This document shows positions 30,226-41,840 of a DNA stretch of 64,000 bases, one piece after another. Below the pieces are notes generated by a model, which worked only from the letters and a program-made list of their open reading frames with translations, did not search any database and was not told the DNA's origin. Each line of letters starts with the position of its first letter. Positions within the stretch are counted from its first letter, which is position 1. Source of the DNA: an uncultured Chloroflexia bacterium (GTDB taxonomy: Bacteria > Chloroflexota > Chloroflexia > QHBQ01 > JADMIH01); contig CAWCNY010000005.1 of the NCBI GenBank assembly GCA_963797095.1, positions 1 to 64,000 on the forward strand, given 5' to 3'. Both the position numbers and the translations under genes were made by a program.

Positions 30226-31398
30226 ATGAGAACTGCAAGGCTCGCCAACCTCGATTTCCCTCTCCTCTTCTGTACTGTGGCCGCCACCATAGTGGGTGTG
30301 CTCATGGTGTTCAGTGCCACAGCCGGTTCGCGCACAGGCAGCGCGCTCACTCTAGATGACTTCGCTGTCAGGCAGGCTATATTCGGCGTCATTGGCCTGG
30401 TGCTCCTGATAATTCTTGCCCGAATCGATTACCGGTTCTTCGAGAGCTTCACCCTACCGTTCTACCTGGTAACCGTTGGCTTGCTGGGCCTTGTTATGCT
30501 GATGGGCGTCATTAACTTCGGCTCTCAGCGCTGGTTGAACATCGGCCTGATCCCTATCCAGCCCAGCGAGCTTGCCAAGCTAAGTCTGATCGTGATGCTC
30601 GCCAAGCTCCTCTGCGACCGGGAGCGCGAGCTAAACAAAATCAAGTGGTTCATTGCGGCGGCGGCTCTTACTCTCATACCGGCGGTGATCGTCTTCGCAC
30701 AGCCCGACCTCGGCACGACCATCATCCTCTGCGTGATCTTCCTCGGCCTAACCGTTGCAGCCGGTGTCTCATGGCGCATCTTCGCCCTGGTCTCTGCGCT
30801 GACCGTCCCCGCCGCCTATGCCTTCTGGACCTGGATCATCCACGATTATCAGCGTGAGCGCCTCCTTATCTTCCTCCATCCTGAGAGCGACCCCAGCGGC
30901 GCTGGCTACAATATTATCCAGGCACGCATTACTGCCGGTTCAGGCGGCCTGCTCGGTCAGGGCTACATGAACGGCTCACAAAGCCAGCTTGCCTTTATCA
31001 AAGTTCAGTACAGCGACTTCATCTTCTCGGTGGTGGCCGAGCAATTCGGGTTCATCGGCTCGGTAGCTCTCATCCTCCTCCTGTTCATCATTGTTTGGAG
31101 GTGCATCGTAGTGGCCTCACGCGCCCCCAATCTCATGGGCAGTCTGATCGCGGTCGGCGTAGCCACATGGATCGGCATGCAGATCTTCATAAATGTCGGC
31201 ATGAACATTGGCCTTATGCCGGTCACCGGCATTCCCCTCCCATTCATAAGCTATGGAGGTTCCTCGCTGATGAGCATTCTATTGGCGTTAGGGCTGGTAC
31301 AGAGCGTGGCCGCCCAATCCTCTACAGTAGTATTCGGCGGCAGCCTGGTGTCGCCCGGTTGGGCGCGCGCCGGTAGAACCACGCTAAGGCCCAGATAG
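30226..31398 (+). CDS. rodA: rod shape-determining protein RodA (SEDS family)
   Basis: GSQRWL, IQPSELAK, QPDLGT, YQRERL, GYNIIQ, DFIFSVVAEQFG, TGIPLPFISYGGSS. Confidence 0.88.
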   Translation: MRTARLANLDFPLLFCTVAATIVGVLMVFSATAGSRTGSALTLDDFAVRQAIFGVIGLVLLIILARIDYRFFESFTLPFYLVTVGLLGLVMLMGVINFGSQRWLNIGLIPIQPSELAKLSLIVMLAKLLCDRERELNKIKWFIAAAALTLIPAVIVFAQPDLGTTIILCVIFLGLTVAAGVSWRIFALVSALTVPAAYAFWTWIIHDYQRERLLIFLHPESDPSGAGYNIIQARITAGSGGLLGQGYMNGSQSQLAFIKVQYSDFIFSVVAEQFGFIGSVALILLLFIIVWRCIVVASRAPNLMGSLIAVGVATWIGMQIFINVGMNIGLMPVTGIPLPFISYGGSSLMSILLALGLVQSVAAQSSTVVFGGSLVSPGWARAGRTTLRPR

Positions 31399-31424
31399 CG
31401 ATCTGAAACGCCAAATGAGGCAAT

Positions 31425-31460
<36 letters not shown>

Positions 31461-31521
31461 ACTTGCTATTGGGATCTTCCAGCATTCGTCGTCTTCCAAC
31501 TACTGACTAACGAGTGAGAAA

Positions 31522-32052
31522 ATGAACAACTCGGACAACGAACAAACTCCCGGCGACGCGGCAGCGCAGGCGCTCTCCGGCTTGGGGCACACCATACGCA
31601 AAGGGCTTGACAGGGTCAGCTTCGAGGCCGACAAAATGCTGCGCACCAACCGCGTGCGCTCCGAAACTCAGCGGCTCCAGAGGCAGTCAAGCAAGCTGAT
31701 GGGCGAGATCAGCGAAAAGGTGCTTGAGTTGGAGGCCCAGGGAGCGGAGTTGGAGCCATCTCTTCAGGCGATGGTTAATCAGGTACGGGCGATGCGCAAG
31801 AAGCTAGCCGATAAAGCAAAGGAGATCGAGTCCATCAACAGCGAAGTATGGATCGAGCCTCCTCCCCCCGAATCGCAGATACTTACCGGGCAGGCAAGGC
31901 CGGTTGCTCTCCCTCCGGGCGACGGACCTGTGGAGAAGAAAAAGACCGTAAACGAGCGGCAGGAGACCCCCAGGACACAGCTCTGCCCCAACTGTCACGG
32001 CCCGCTTCGCCCGATGTCCGTCTTCTGCCCCAATTGCGGCTACAAGCTCTAG
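31522..32052 (+). CDS. coiled-coil + C-terminal zinc-ribbon protein
   Basis: CPNCH..FCPNCG. Confidence 0.8.
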   Translation: MNNSDNEQTPGDAAAQALSGLGHTIRKGLDRVSFEADKMLRTNRVRSETQRLQRQSSKLMGEISEKVLELEAQGAELEPSLQAMVNQVRAMRKKLADKAKEIESINSEVWIEPPPPESQILTGQARPVALPPGDGPVEKKKTVNERQETPRTQLCPNCHGPLRPMSVFCPNCGYKL

Positions 32053-32060
32053 CGCCACCT

Positions 32061-32801
32061 ATGGACCTGAAACCTGAGCCAATCCAGGTCGAGGAGCAGC
32101 CCCCCGCCCTTTCCCGCCACGTATTCTTTCCAGGGCGCGCCCTCGGCGACGAGCCTGCGCCCATGCTTGAGGGCAGAATTCACGTTCCTCTCGATGGAGA
32201 GTTGCATCCTGGGGTTGTGCTGTGCCACGCTAACCCATCGGCGGGCGGTAACATGGAAATGAAGGTAATGGCGGCCCTGGAACATGCCTTGGCCGCATCG
32301 GGATTCGCAACCCTGCGTTACAATTCGCGAGGCGTAGGGCAGAGCCGTGGTAAGGTGTCGAAGACCGCCGACCGCAAACTGGTAGCACCTGAGGGCGCAC
32401 CCGAAACCGAGGACGTTGGTGCGGCGCTTGACTTCCTGGGAGTGCAAACAGGCGTCGATGGCGACCGGCTCGCCCTGGTCGGCCATTCGTTCGGTAGCCG
32501 CATTTCGCTGGCCTATCTTGCATCGCACACCCTGGAGGTACGCGTCGAGGCAGTCGCGTGCATCGGGCTTCCGGTGGCCTGGCGCAATCTCGATCACCTG
32601 GGGCAGTGGCCCCATCCCAAGCTCTTTATTACCGGCGAGCGAGATGACTTCAGTCCTCCGGCGCGGCTCCGCGAATTCGTTGAGACCCTGCCTGAGCCTA
32701 AAACGGTTATGACATTGAAAGACACAGGCCACTTTTTCGAGGGGCGTGAGCGCGACCTGGCGAATCTGGTGGCCGGATTTCTGACGAGAGTGAGGAAGTG
32801 A
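32061..32801 (+). CDS. alpha/beta fold hydrolase
   Basis: RYNSRGVGQS, GHSFG, GERDDF, GHFF; start MDLKP. Confidence 0.87.
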   Translation: MDLKPEPIQVEEQPPALSRHVFFPGRALGDEPAPMLEGRIHVPLDGELHPGVVLCHANPSAGGNMEMKVMAALEHALAASGFATLRYNSRGVGQSRGKVSKTADRKLVAPEGAPETEDVGAALDFLGVQTGVDGDRLALVGHSFGSRISLAYLASHTLEVRVEAVACIGLPVAWRNLDHLGQWPHPKLFITGERDDFSPPARLREFVETLPEPKTVMTLKDTGHFFEGRERDLANLVAGFLTRVRK

Positions 32802-32804
32802 AAA

Positions 32805-33137
32805 GTGCTTACTGCTGAAGAAGTGCGCCATGTAGCGATGCTGGCGCGGCTTGGATTGACCGACGACGAAGTTGAGACAATGCGCGAGCAACTGGTTCAG
32901 GTGCTCGACTACATCGCCATTCTCGACAAACTTGACACATCACAAATACCACCCACCGCTCAGATACTGTCGCATCTGAACGTAGCGCGGTCCGACAAGG
33001 CGCGCCCTGCCTGGCCCACTGATGCTCTACTCGCCAACGCGCCGTCAAGCGAAGGTGACTTCATCCGCGTACCTGCCGTGCTCGAAGAGTTCAAGGCCAA
33101 AGCCGAAGGTGCGGAAAGCGAGGGTGAAGATGCCTGA
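32805..33137 (+). CDS. gatC: Asp-tRNA(Asn)/Glu-tRNA(Gln) amidotransferase subunit C
   Basis: EEVRHVAMLARL..ANAP..FIRVPAVL, upstream of gatA. Confidence 0.95.
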   Translation: MLTAEEVRHVAMLARLGLTDDEVETMREQLVQVLDYIAILDKLDTSQIPPTAQILSHLNVARSDKARPAWPTDALLANAPSSEGDFIRVPAVLEEFKAKAEGAESEGEDA

Positions 33138-34624
33138 GATTGATACTTTCATGACCATTGCCGAAGCCCGCCAATTGCTCGAACTCAGGCGATTTATCAT
33201 CCGAGGAACTAACCCACGCCCACCTGGAGCGTATCACCCGTGCCGACGGCGATATATCGGCATTCACCACCATCAGCGAAGAGCGTGCTCTCGAAGCGGC
33301 GCGCGACTTCGACCGCAGGCACGCCGCCGGAGAGGGCAGCCGCTCCACGCTCGATGGCATCCCGATGAGCCTCAAGGACGTGCTGATAACCGAAGGTGTC
33401 CGCACAACTTGCGGCTCCCGCCAGCTTTACAATTTCGTGCCCCCGTTTAGCGGCACTGTGCCCAGGAAGCTGGCTCAAGCAGGGGCGGTCCTCCTTGGCA
33501 AAACCAATTGCGACGAGTTCGCCATGGGTTCTTCCACCGAAAACTCAGCGTGGGGTCCGTCGCACAATCCGTGGGACACCGAGCGCGTGCCTGGAGGCTC
33601 CAGCGGCGGCTCCGCTGCTGCGGTGGCCGCTGGTATGGGCGCTTATTCGCTCGGCACCGACACCGGTGGCAGCGTGCGCCAACCTGCTTCCCTCACTGGC
33701 GTGACGGGTCTCAAGCCCACCTATGGCCGTGTGTCCCGCTTTGGTCTTGTGGCCTTCGCCTCCTCGCTCGATCAGATCGGGCCGTTCACACACACGGCCT
33801 ACGATGCCGCCCTCGTAATGGAGGTAGTCGCTGGTCACGATCCCAACAACTCAACCTCACAGCCCGTACCGGTCCTCCGCTACACCGAATCCCTGGATGC
33901 CAATGGAGCCTCACTCGAAGGGCTTCGCATCGGCATCCCGGCGGAGTTCTGGGGTGAAGGGTTGCAGCAAGGAGTCAGCGAAACCGTGAGGGCGGCAATC
34001 CATCAGCTTCGTAGATTGGGGGCGGAATTACGCGAAGTGAGCCTTCCCAACACTCCTTATGCACTCGCGACCTACTACATCATCGCGCCGGCCGAGGCCA
34101 GTTCCAACCTCGCCCGCTATGATGGTATGAAATATGGGTACCGCGACCCCGGTCAGGTTGGCTCGGTAGAATCTATGCTTGCCACGCGTGACTACGCTTT
34201 CGGCCCGGAAGTAAAACGCAGGATCATGTTGGGTACCTATGCCTTGAGCGCAGGCTACTACGATGCCTATTACAAGAAAGCGCAGCAGGTGCGCACCCTG
34301 ATCGCCCGCGACTACACTCAGACTTTTGAGCAAGTGGATGTACTCGTTGGCCCAACCACCCCTACGGTAGCGTTCCGCATAGGAGACAAGGTTGACGATC
34401 CCCTGGCCATGTACCTCAACGATGTGTACACCGTCCCGGCCAACCTCGCCGGAATCCCCGGTCTCTCCGTCCCCTGCGGCTTCGTTGATGGCCTGCCGGT
34501 AGGCCTCCAAATTCTCGGCAAACACTTCGACGAAGCTACGATATTGCGCGTCGCGCATGCATACCAGACCGCCACCGGCTGGCACTTGCAAAGACCGGGC
34601 GAAGCAGCAAAACAAACCACTTAA
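33130..34624 (+). CDS. gatA: Asp-tRNA(Asn)/Glu-tRNA(Gln) amidotransferase subunit A (apparent extra base near 33183)
   Basis: [45 protein letters not shown]; N-terminus [17 protein letters not shown] is in a different frame from [10 protein letters not shown]. Confidence 0.92.
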
Positions 34625-34785
34625 AACTCACGACCCCAATTCATCCCAAAGATGAAGCCTATCGTACCAAGTACCGCCGCTCTACCAGTTACGTTCCACC
34701 AATGATCACCTCGGACGCCCGAGCTACGACGATTAAGCTATTGCCTTGTTGAGCACCCCGGTACGGTGAGCAAGGAGAATTACGA

Positions 34786-34995
34786 GTGGCTACTATTTCA
34801 ACTGACTCAGCGATCTCAGCGGTCCCGTCGGTGCACAGGGAAGGAATTGTCGAGAACTTCTCTGCCTTCGACTTTGAACTCAGCCCCGACGATATGGCAG
34901 CGATCGCCACGCCGGACACCGGGGCTAGCCTCCTCATCGACCACCGCGACCCACAAGTCGCGAAGTGGATGGGTGGAGCGAAACTCAACGCCTAG
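34786..34995 (+). pseudogene. aldo/keto reductase C-terminal remnant
   Basis: PSVHREGIVENFSAFDFELSPDDMAAI..DHRDP. Confidence 0.7.
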
Positions 34996-35078
34996 TACCC
35001 TGAACCCGAGACACCTGGCTTCCCGCTCGTTCGGAGTTGCGGACGTGCTTGAAGAGTTTTCGACAAGGAGATCACGTT

Positions 35079-35435
35079 ATGACCGATGCGACTAATGCAC
35101 CCACTTCAGACCAGAAGCCCGCTCAACGCAATCCATATAGTGGCATAGCCCCTGCACTGGGTGACTACACCGATAACGTGCTGTTCGGAGATGTATGGGA
35201 ACGCCCGGGCCTATCTAAGCGCGACCGCAGCCTGATCACTGTGGCGACACTGGTCGCAGGTTACCGCACCAACGAGCTTCCGTTCCACCTGAAGAGAGCA
35301 CTCGAAAACGGTGTCACACGCGAGGAACTGGTCGAATTGATCACGCATCTCGCCTTCTATGCAGGCTGGCCGGCAGCAAGCACGGCGGTGGCAATCGCAC
35401 GGCGCGTCTTCGAAGAAAATGGAAATGGCGCCTGA
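35079..35435 (+). CDS. carboxymuconolactone decarboxylase family protein
   Basis: LFGDVWERPGLSKRDRSLIT, HLAFYAGWP; aaggag RBS. Confidence 0.92.
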   Translation: MTDATNAPTSDQKPAQRNPYSGIAPALGDYTDNVLFGDVWERPGLSKRDRSLITVATLVAGYRTNELPFHLKRALENGVTREELVELITHLAFYAGWPAASTAVAIARRVFEENGNGA

Positions 35436-35504
35436 TCACCAAACGGAAAGGCACCGGGTGAACCCGGCCTTTTTATGGCCGCTACTAATTTAGGGAGGAA
35501 GCAA

Positions 35505-35899
35505 ATGAGCATTTCCCATGAACACGCGCAAGACTTGCCCGCCCAGCAAGGTAGCGCCGGCAACTTCATCGGCGACGTCCAGGTCCACATGGTAGCGGCG
35601 AGCCCAGACGTTCAAGCGGGTGTGGGCCGGGTCACCTTCGCAAGCCGGGGCGTACGCTTTGGCACACGCACTTCGGCGAGCAGACCCTCTACTTCCTGGA
35701 AGGTCTGGGCCGGGTGCAGCAGCGAGGTGAACAGCCTGTGGATGCCGCGCCCGGAGATATAGCCCGCATACCCGTGGGAGTTGAGCATTGGCACGGTGCG
35801 CACCCCGACGAGCAGCACGCAATGACACACCTGTCGATCACCTTCGGCATTACTAGCCGGCTCGAACGGGTGAGCGATGAAGACTATCACGACAATTAA
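35505..35899 (+). pseudogene. cupin domain protein, frameshifted near 35645
   Basis: NFIGDV..RVTF in one frame, WHTH..EQTLY..EHWHGA..MTHL in another. Confidence 0.75.
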
Positions 35900-36834
35900 C
35901 TGGGGCGTGGTCATAATTCAGAATCGGGCTTTTGTCGCACGCCTGGAGATATGCCACATGCCCGCCCAATGCAGCCGAAATGGTTCCCTAAACGACGAGG
36001 CTCCTGAGGACCATTGGGGAACCGCTTGAGTTAGCAGTTCGGGCTCTTTGCGTCGCCATTCCTCACCGGCGGTTTCAAGAGAGGTCCTGCCCCTGACATG
36101 CTGGCAAGGTTCGACTTCGCCCCACACCTACTCAAGTCGAGTTTCCCAACGGCCGTTCATGTCCCTTCCGGGCAGACCATCGTAGCGTGAAACGGGTTGC
36201 CCCTGGCCTGGCAGGTCCTTTCAAAGCACCGTTCCTGATTCTGGCGGACAACGAGATCTTAACACCTTTTGCACTACCGCTACTGTAGTCACGACCATTG
36301 TACTGAATACCAGTACCGGCGGCCCGAGTACAGGCGGAGCTTGATCGCCTCTTAGCGGTCGCATCGGCCAAGAGCAACAAGCGATACCGAAACCCAAGTG
36401 ATATAATGTCTAGCGGCAACCCCCACGGGGTAGCCAGGCAGGTAAGCGGGCAGGCGGTACACGTCTGGCTCATTGATTCGCTTCAAGGAATTTGCTTGCT
36501 TGTGATGACTCCGCATGGCGTAAACGCCAGCAGCTTCTACGGTTTTGCACCGATGCATACTCATCCATATGCCATTAAGGTTGCACTATAGGAGACACCT
36601 AAGATGCTTTTACGCTGCACAAGGGTTTCGTGCAACAACCCGCTAACATCTTGCATTATCAAAGTGCGGACTACTACCCGAAGGCAATAGTGGCGTGTAG
36701 CATTGGTTAGCTTCCACGTTACTTCAATTATACGACAAAGGAGAGACTATGAGCAACCTTTTATCAGCCGAACCACAGCCCATAAATGGGCATGGCTTTC
36801 AAGGTTTTCTGTAAGGGTCCTAAGGGGGTAGCGT

Positions 36835-39513
36835 ATGCCCTCCCTCTCCTTGCCAACTGGCACCGTTACTTTCCTCTTCACCGACATAGAGGGGAGTACC
36901 ACGTTGTGGGAGCGATTTCCGGAGGAAACGCACCTTGCCCTCGTCAGGCATGACACCCTGGTCGAGGATGCTGTCACCGAGCATGGGGGCGTACTGGTGA
37001 GACCCCGTGGGGAGGGTGATAGCCGCTTTGCGGTGTTTCCACTTGCTACCGACGCTGTGGCGGGAGCAATCGCCATACAGAAGGCTCTCGCTGCTGAGCC
37101 CTGGCAAACCCCGACCCCCCTCCGGGTGCGAATAGCCCTTCACACGGGCGATGCCGATCTTAGAGCCGGCGACTACTACGGCTCCGCGGTCAACCGCTGT
37201 GCGCGACTGCGATCCGCTGCGCACGGAGGGCAAACGCTCATCTCGAGGGCAACATACTCCCTCGTGCGCGACTATCCTCTCTCGGGCCTGGAATTACGCG
37301 ACCTGGGAGAGCACCGTCTCAAAGACTTGGTGCAACCCGAGCACATCTACCAGGTAATCAGCCCTGACCTTCGTGCCGACTTCCCGCCCCTGACCACACT
37401 AGATGCTCGTCCCAGTAATCTTCCTCTGATGCGCAGCCCACTGATCGGACGCGAAAAGGAACTGGCTGCCGTGCGTGACTTGCTCATGCAAGACGCCGTT
37501 GCTCTGCTCACCCTCACCGGCCCGGGCGGCACGGGCAAAACTAGCCTTGCGCTGCAGGCAGCCGCCGAGGTGATTGACTACTTCCAGGACGGGGCCTGCT
37601 TCGTCTCGCTCGCCTCAGTCACCGACCCGAACCTGGTGACTATGCAGATGGCCGAGGTGCTAGGCGTGGCAGAAACCGTCACCCAGCCGCTCCTGCAGAG
37701 CCTCATTGATCATCTACGCGAAAAACGGTTGCTGCTGGTGTTAGACAACTTCGAGCAGGTGGTAGAGGCCGCGCCCGCGCTCGCGCAACTGCTTTCATAC
37801 GCACGCCACCTCAAACTCCTCGTCACGAGCCGGGCGTTGCTCCGTTTGAGCGTCGAGCACGACTTTCCGGTACCTCCGCTGGCCTCGCCGGACCCCAGAC
37901 GCCTTCCCCCACTCGCTCAGCTTGCCGAATACGATGCCATCCGCCTGTTCGTCGAGCGCGCCATGGCTGCCAGCAGTAGCTTCGAGCTAGCCGAAGCGAA
38001 CGCTTCCGCTGTAGCGGAAATCTGCGCTCGGCTCGATGGGCTGCCGCTCGCTATCGAGCTGGCAGCAGCGCGAGTGGTCATCCTGCCGCCAGGGGCGATG
38101 CTAAAGCGATTGGAAAGCCGGTTGCGGGTGCTCACGGGAGGGGCTAGGGATCTGCCTGCTCGTCAACAGACCCTGCGGAGTACGATTGAGTGGAGCCACG
38201 ATCTGCTCAATGAAGGAGAGCAACGCCTCTTCCGAAGGCTGGCTGTCTTCTCGGGCGGGCGAACGCTCGAGGCGATCGAAGTCATCTGCGGGCCGGAGAC
38301 CGGCGCTGGCGCTCATTCCGATGCGGGCGATGTCGATGTGTTGGAAGGCGTGGCATCGCTGGTGGACAAGAGCCTGCTCAATCGGGAGGAACGGATCGAG
38401 GGTGGGGAGCCGCGCTTTGTCATGCTCGAAACGATCCACGAATACGCCCGCGAGCGTCTTGAAGAGAGCGGCGAGTTGCAGGAGATCAGCGAGCGTCATG
38501 CGCGCTACTTCCTGGACCTCGTGGAAAAAGCCGAACCCGAGTTGAACGGCGACGAGCAGTCGGTCTGGCTCGGGCGCCTGGAAGAAGAATACGATAACAT
38601 ACGAGCCGCACTGAGTTGGGCTCCCCACCATGCGCCTGAGCTGGGTTTGCGCCTGGCCGGGGCGTTGTGGCTATACTGGGAGATCCGGGGCTACCTGAGT
38701 GAAACCAGGCACCTATTAGCCGACCTGCTTGCTCAGCCTGAGACGCTGGCGCATACTGCCGAGCGGGCAAAAGCTCTTCAAAGTGCCGGCAATCTGGCCG
38801 ACACCCAGGGTGACTATGACGCCGCTCGCGCCTACTATAACGAAAGCCTGGTGATCTACCGGGAGCTTGGGGATACGCTTAGCGCTGCAAGGCCGCTCAA
38901 TGGGCTGGGGTTGGTATCGTGGGGTCAGGGCGATTTGGCTACCGCGCGATCCTTCCTTGAGGAAAGTCTGGCGATCAAGCGCGAGCTTGGAACTCCATCT
39001 TCAATCTCGATCACCCTCAATAACCTCGGCCTGGTAGCCCTTGCACAGGGTGACTCTGCTACCGCCCGTGCCTACCTTGAGGAGTCTCTCGCCATCGATC
39101 GGGAACTTGGGGACAAGGATGCTGTCGCCACCTCTCAGGTAAATCTAAGCGCGGTGGTGCTCGATTCCGGCAACTACGAGGAAGCGCGCCCGCTTCTCAT
39201 GGAAGGTCTAGCGCGTTTCAGCGAAGTGGGCGACATCCGGGGCGTAATTGATGCCCTCGAAAATCTAGCGGGCCTGGCGAGCCGAACTGGCGGTTTTGAA
39301 AGAGCGGCCTGGCTGGGCGGGGCAGCCGAAGGCTTGCGGGAAGAGATAGGCGTCTCAATGTCGAGCCCGGAAAGAGAGCGCCAGGAAACGCTCCTGGCTC
39401 TGGCCCGTGCGCAGGTTGACCCAGCTACTTGGGCCGAGCAATGGGCGATGGGGAAGGGAGTGACCAATGATCTGGATCGGGTCATCGCTTACGCAAAGGA
39501 CGAAGTCCGGTAG
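36835..39513 (+). CDS. adenylate/guanylate cyclase - STAND ATPase - TPR protein
   Basis: [22 protein letters not shown]; [26 protein letters not shown]; C-terminal TPRs. Confidence 0.93.
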   Translation: MPSLSLPTGTVTFLFTDIEGSTTLWERFPEETHLALVRHDTLVEDAVTEHGGVLVRPRGEGDSRFAVFPLATDAVAGAIAIQKALAAEPWQTPTPLRVRIALHTGDADLRAGDYYGSAVNRCARLRSAAHGGQTLISRATYSLVRDYPLSGLELRDLGEHRLKDLVQPEHIYQVISPDLRADFPPLTTLDARPSNLPLMRSPLIGREKELAAVRDLLMQDAVALLTLTGPGGTGKTSLALQAAAEVIDYFQDGACFVSLASVTDPNLVTMQMAEVLGVAETVTQPLLQSLIDHLREKRLLLVLDNFEQVVEAAPALAQLLSYARHLKLLVTSRALLRLSVEHDFPVPPLASPDPRRLPPLAQLAEYDAIRLFVERAMAASSSFELAEANASAVAEICARLDGLPLAIELAAARVVILPPGAMLKRLESRLRVLTGGARDLPARQQTLRSTIEWSHDLLNEGEQRLFRRLAVFSGGRTLEAIEVICGPETGAGAHSDAGDVDVLEGVASLVDKSLLNREERIEGGEPRFVMLETIHEYARERLEESGELQEISERHARYFLDLVEKAEPELNGDEQSVWLGRLEEEYDNIRAALSWAPHHAPELGLRLAGALWLYWEIRGYLSETRHLLADLLAQPETLAHTAERAKALQSAGNLADTQGDYDAARAYYNESLVIYRELGDTLSAARPLNGLGLVSWGQGDLATARSFLEESLAIKRELGTPSSISITLNNLGLVALAQGDSATARAYLEESLAIDRELGDKDAVATSQVNLSAVVLDSGNYEEARPLLMEGLARFSEVGDIRGVIDALENLAGLASRTGGFERAAWLGGAAEGLREEIGVSMSSPERERQETLLALARAQVDPATWAEQWAMGKGVTNDLDRVIAYAKDEVR

Positions 39514-39557
39514 GCGGCAACGGCAAATAGCGTTGCGACACTATAGCTTAGGATCGA

Positions 39558-39884
39558 ATGCATTCTGAATTTGTAGGCCGCCACCGAGAACTGTCGCTGC
39601 TTTTGGCGCAATATGCTGAAGCAGCGCAAGGACGCGTGCGCTTCGCTATGCTGTCCGGTGATCCTGGCATTGGCAAGACGAGGTTGCTGGACGAGTTCGT
39701 AGCGCGGATCCCAGGCGAGAGTTCGCTCGTGCTTCGGGGCGGCGCTTCGGAAGCGGAAGGTATGCCGCCCTATCTCCCGTTTCTGGAAATGCTGGATCGA
39801 TACATTAAATCGGTGCCGGCGGAGCTACTGCGCGAACAGGTGGGCATCTCGGCTTCCGTCTTAGGTACTATACTGCCGCAGCTA
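39558..39884 (+). pseudogene. AAA ATPase (STAND/AAA_16-like) N-terminal fragment truncated by ISAzo13
   Basis: FVGRHREL, GDPGIGKTRL, PPYLPF; ends at the IS terminus. Confidence 0.85.
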
Positions 39885-41173
39885 AGGAGCCTTCCGAGAA
39901 TTAGCTGACATAGAGAGGGAGATATGCGAAGATAGAGAGTATGGAAAAGCTCTCGACCGAACAAGAATACCAACAGCTTCGGACACTGCTAAATGAGAAG
40001 CAATGGAGACAGTACCTGGCAGCCGAGGCTCAACGCAGAGGAAGCACCAGCACAGTAGCTCGGGAGGCAGGGGTATCCCTCAACACGGTCAAGCGGGGTC
40101 TGAAAGAACGGGAGGCAGGGGACAACTATCAACCAGGAGAACGCATCCGCAAGCCTGGTGGGGGCATGAAAAAGCTTGCACAGACCGATCCCACCCTGCT
40201 CCCCGATCTGGAGAGGGAATTGGAACCCAAGGGTGACCCGATGAGCCTTGTACGATGGACCACCAAATCGTTGGCACACCTGGTGCAAGCCCTTGAAGGC
40301 AAAGGGCATCACATCAAGAAGTCAGCACTGGCCGAATTGCTGCACGAGCAGAGATTTTCTCTGCGCGTCAACAAGAAGAATATCGAAGGCCAATCGCACC
40401 CTGACCGGGATGAGCAATTTACTCACATCAACGCTCGGTGCAAAGAGTTTGAACACAAAGGCGCTCCTATCATCTCCGTTGACTGCAAGAAGAAGGAGTT
40501 GATAGGCCAGTTCAGGAACAACGGACGGGAATGGCAGGCTCAAGGGGAAGAGAGGGTGGTATCGGTGTATGACTTTGTTTCCCTGGCCGATGGCAAGGCC
40601 ATCCCCTACGGGATATATGACCTGGTGCATAACGTGGGGTTTGTGAACGTGGGGTTTGTGAATGTGGGTATTGACCATGATACGGCTGAGTTTGCGGTGG
40701 AGAGTATCCGCAGGTGGTGGCAGAAGTGGGGCAAAACCCTCTATCCAGGCAAAAAGGAACTGCTGATCACCGCTGATGGAGGAGGCTCCAATGGGGTGAG
40801 AAACCGCCTGTGGAAGCAAAAGCTACAGGCACTGGCCAATGAAGAACAACTGGCCATCACGGTGGCGCATTATCCCCCTGCTACCAGCAAATGGAACAAG
40901 ATAGAGCATCGAGTGTTTTCGTACATATCAATAAATTGGCGGGCCACCCCGCTCACGTCTATGGAAGTGGTGTTGGAACTGATCTCGCATACTACCACCC
41001 AAGAGGGGTTAGTGGTGAGGGCGCTCAAGGACAGCCATGCATATCCGACAGGGATCAAGGTCACTGATGAGCAAGTGGCTGCCCTCAATCTGTTCAAAGA
41101 TGCCTTCCACGGGGAATGGAACTACACTATCAAGCCTCAGCTACTTTGATCACCTTATCTGCGGAAGGCTCCT
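39885..41173 (+). mobile_element. ISAzo13-family insertion sequence
   Basis: IRs aggagccttccgagaattag / cttatctgcggaaggctcct flanked by cTA / TAg. Confidence 0.88.
39941..41149 (+). CDS. ISAzo13-family transposase
   Basis: GDPMS..WTTKS, HPDRDEQF, ISVDCKKKELIG, DGGGSNG, SKWNKIEHR, FHGEWNY. Confidence 0.93.
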   Translation: MEKLSTEQEYQQLRTLLNEKQWRQYLAAEAQRRGSTSTVAREAGVSLNTVKRGLKEREAGDNYQPGERIRKPGGGMKKLAQTDPTLLPDLERELEPKGDPMSLVRWTTKSLAHLVQALEGKGHHIKKSALAELLHEQRFSLRVNKKNIEGQSHPDRDEQFTHINARCKEFEHKGAPIISVDCKKKELIGQFRNNGREWQAQGEERVVSVYDFVSLADGKAIPYGIYDLVHNVGFVNVGFVNVGIDHDTAEFAVESIRRWWQKWGKTLYPGKKELLITADGGGSNGVRNRLWKQKLQALANEEQLAITVAHYPPATSKWNKIEHRVFSYISINWRATPLTSMEVVLELISHTTTQEGLVVRALKDSHAYPTGIKVTDEQVAALNLFKDAFHGEWNYTIKPQLL

Positions 41174-41396
41174 TAGTGGCGCCATCTGGTTAGGATTATT
41201 GGCCCACGGCCATACGGCCAACAGCCAATGCAGCCCCCAGTATACTGGCTCTGTCTAGCCCTCAGTCACTGCTTGCCCCCGATTTTGAATTGCCTCAAAA
41301 AGGTTGCACGGAACGTGGAAAAGAACAGACACGTTCCGTGCAGCCTCTATAATGTGTAAGCATCTCACGCCCAGCATCGTGTTTGCACCTACCTCC

Positions 41397-41840
41397 ATGA
41401 GTGCCGCCATCAAAACCAACCGCACACGAAAGCTGTCCGTATCAGCGCCCGCCCTCTGGCTTGTGCTGGGGCTGGCCGCAGCCTTCTTCATGGTAAGATA
41501 CGGGCAGGAAGTCCTGATGGAGCACGACTTGAACGCGCAGGTCCTGGTCCAGGAGCGGCAGAACAAGCAAATGGATGACGAGAACCATCGCCTCCAGGCC
41601 GCCCTGGAATATTACCAATCGGACAAATACATAGAACAGCGCGCCCGCGAAGATCTCAACCTGCGCAGGCCCGACGAAGAGGTGCTCATCCCAGTAGGCG
41701 ATACCGTCGGTCAAACCCAACCCGACTCTCAACAAGGGTCCGCCACCGCCGAAAACAACACGCAGCAAAGTAGCCCGACAGACAACTCCCCCAACTGGGA
41801 AAGATGGTTCGAGCTATTCAGTCCATTTGAGCAACCCTAG
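41397..41840 (+). CDS. septum formation initiator (FtsB/DivIC-like) protein
   Basis: single TM, coiled coil, YIEQRAREDLNLRRPDE; start uncertain. Confidence 0.8.
   Translation: MSAAIKTNRTRKLSVSAPALWLVLGLAAAFFMVRYGQEVLMEHDLNAQVLVQERQNKQMDDENHRLQAALEYYQSDKYIEQRAREDLNLRRPDEEVLIPVGDTVGQTQPDSQQGSATAENNTQQSSPTDNSPNWERWFELFSPFEQP

Noticed and set aside
35931-35940. Second group II intron start (minus-strand GTGCGACAAA)
   Set aside because: No domain I structure follows; it runs into the cupin gene
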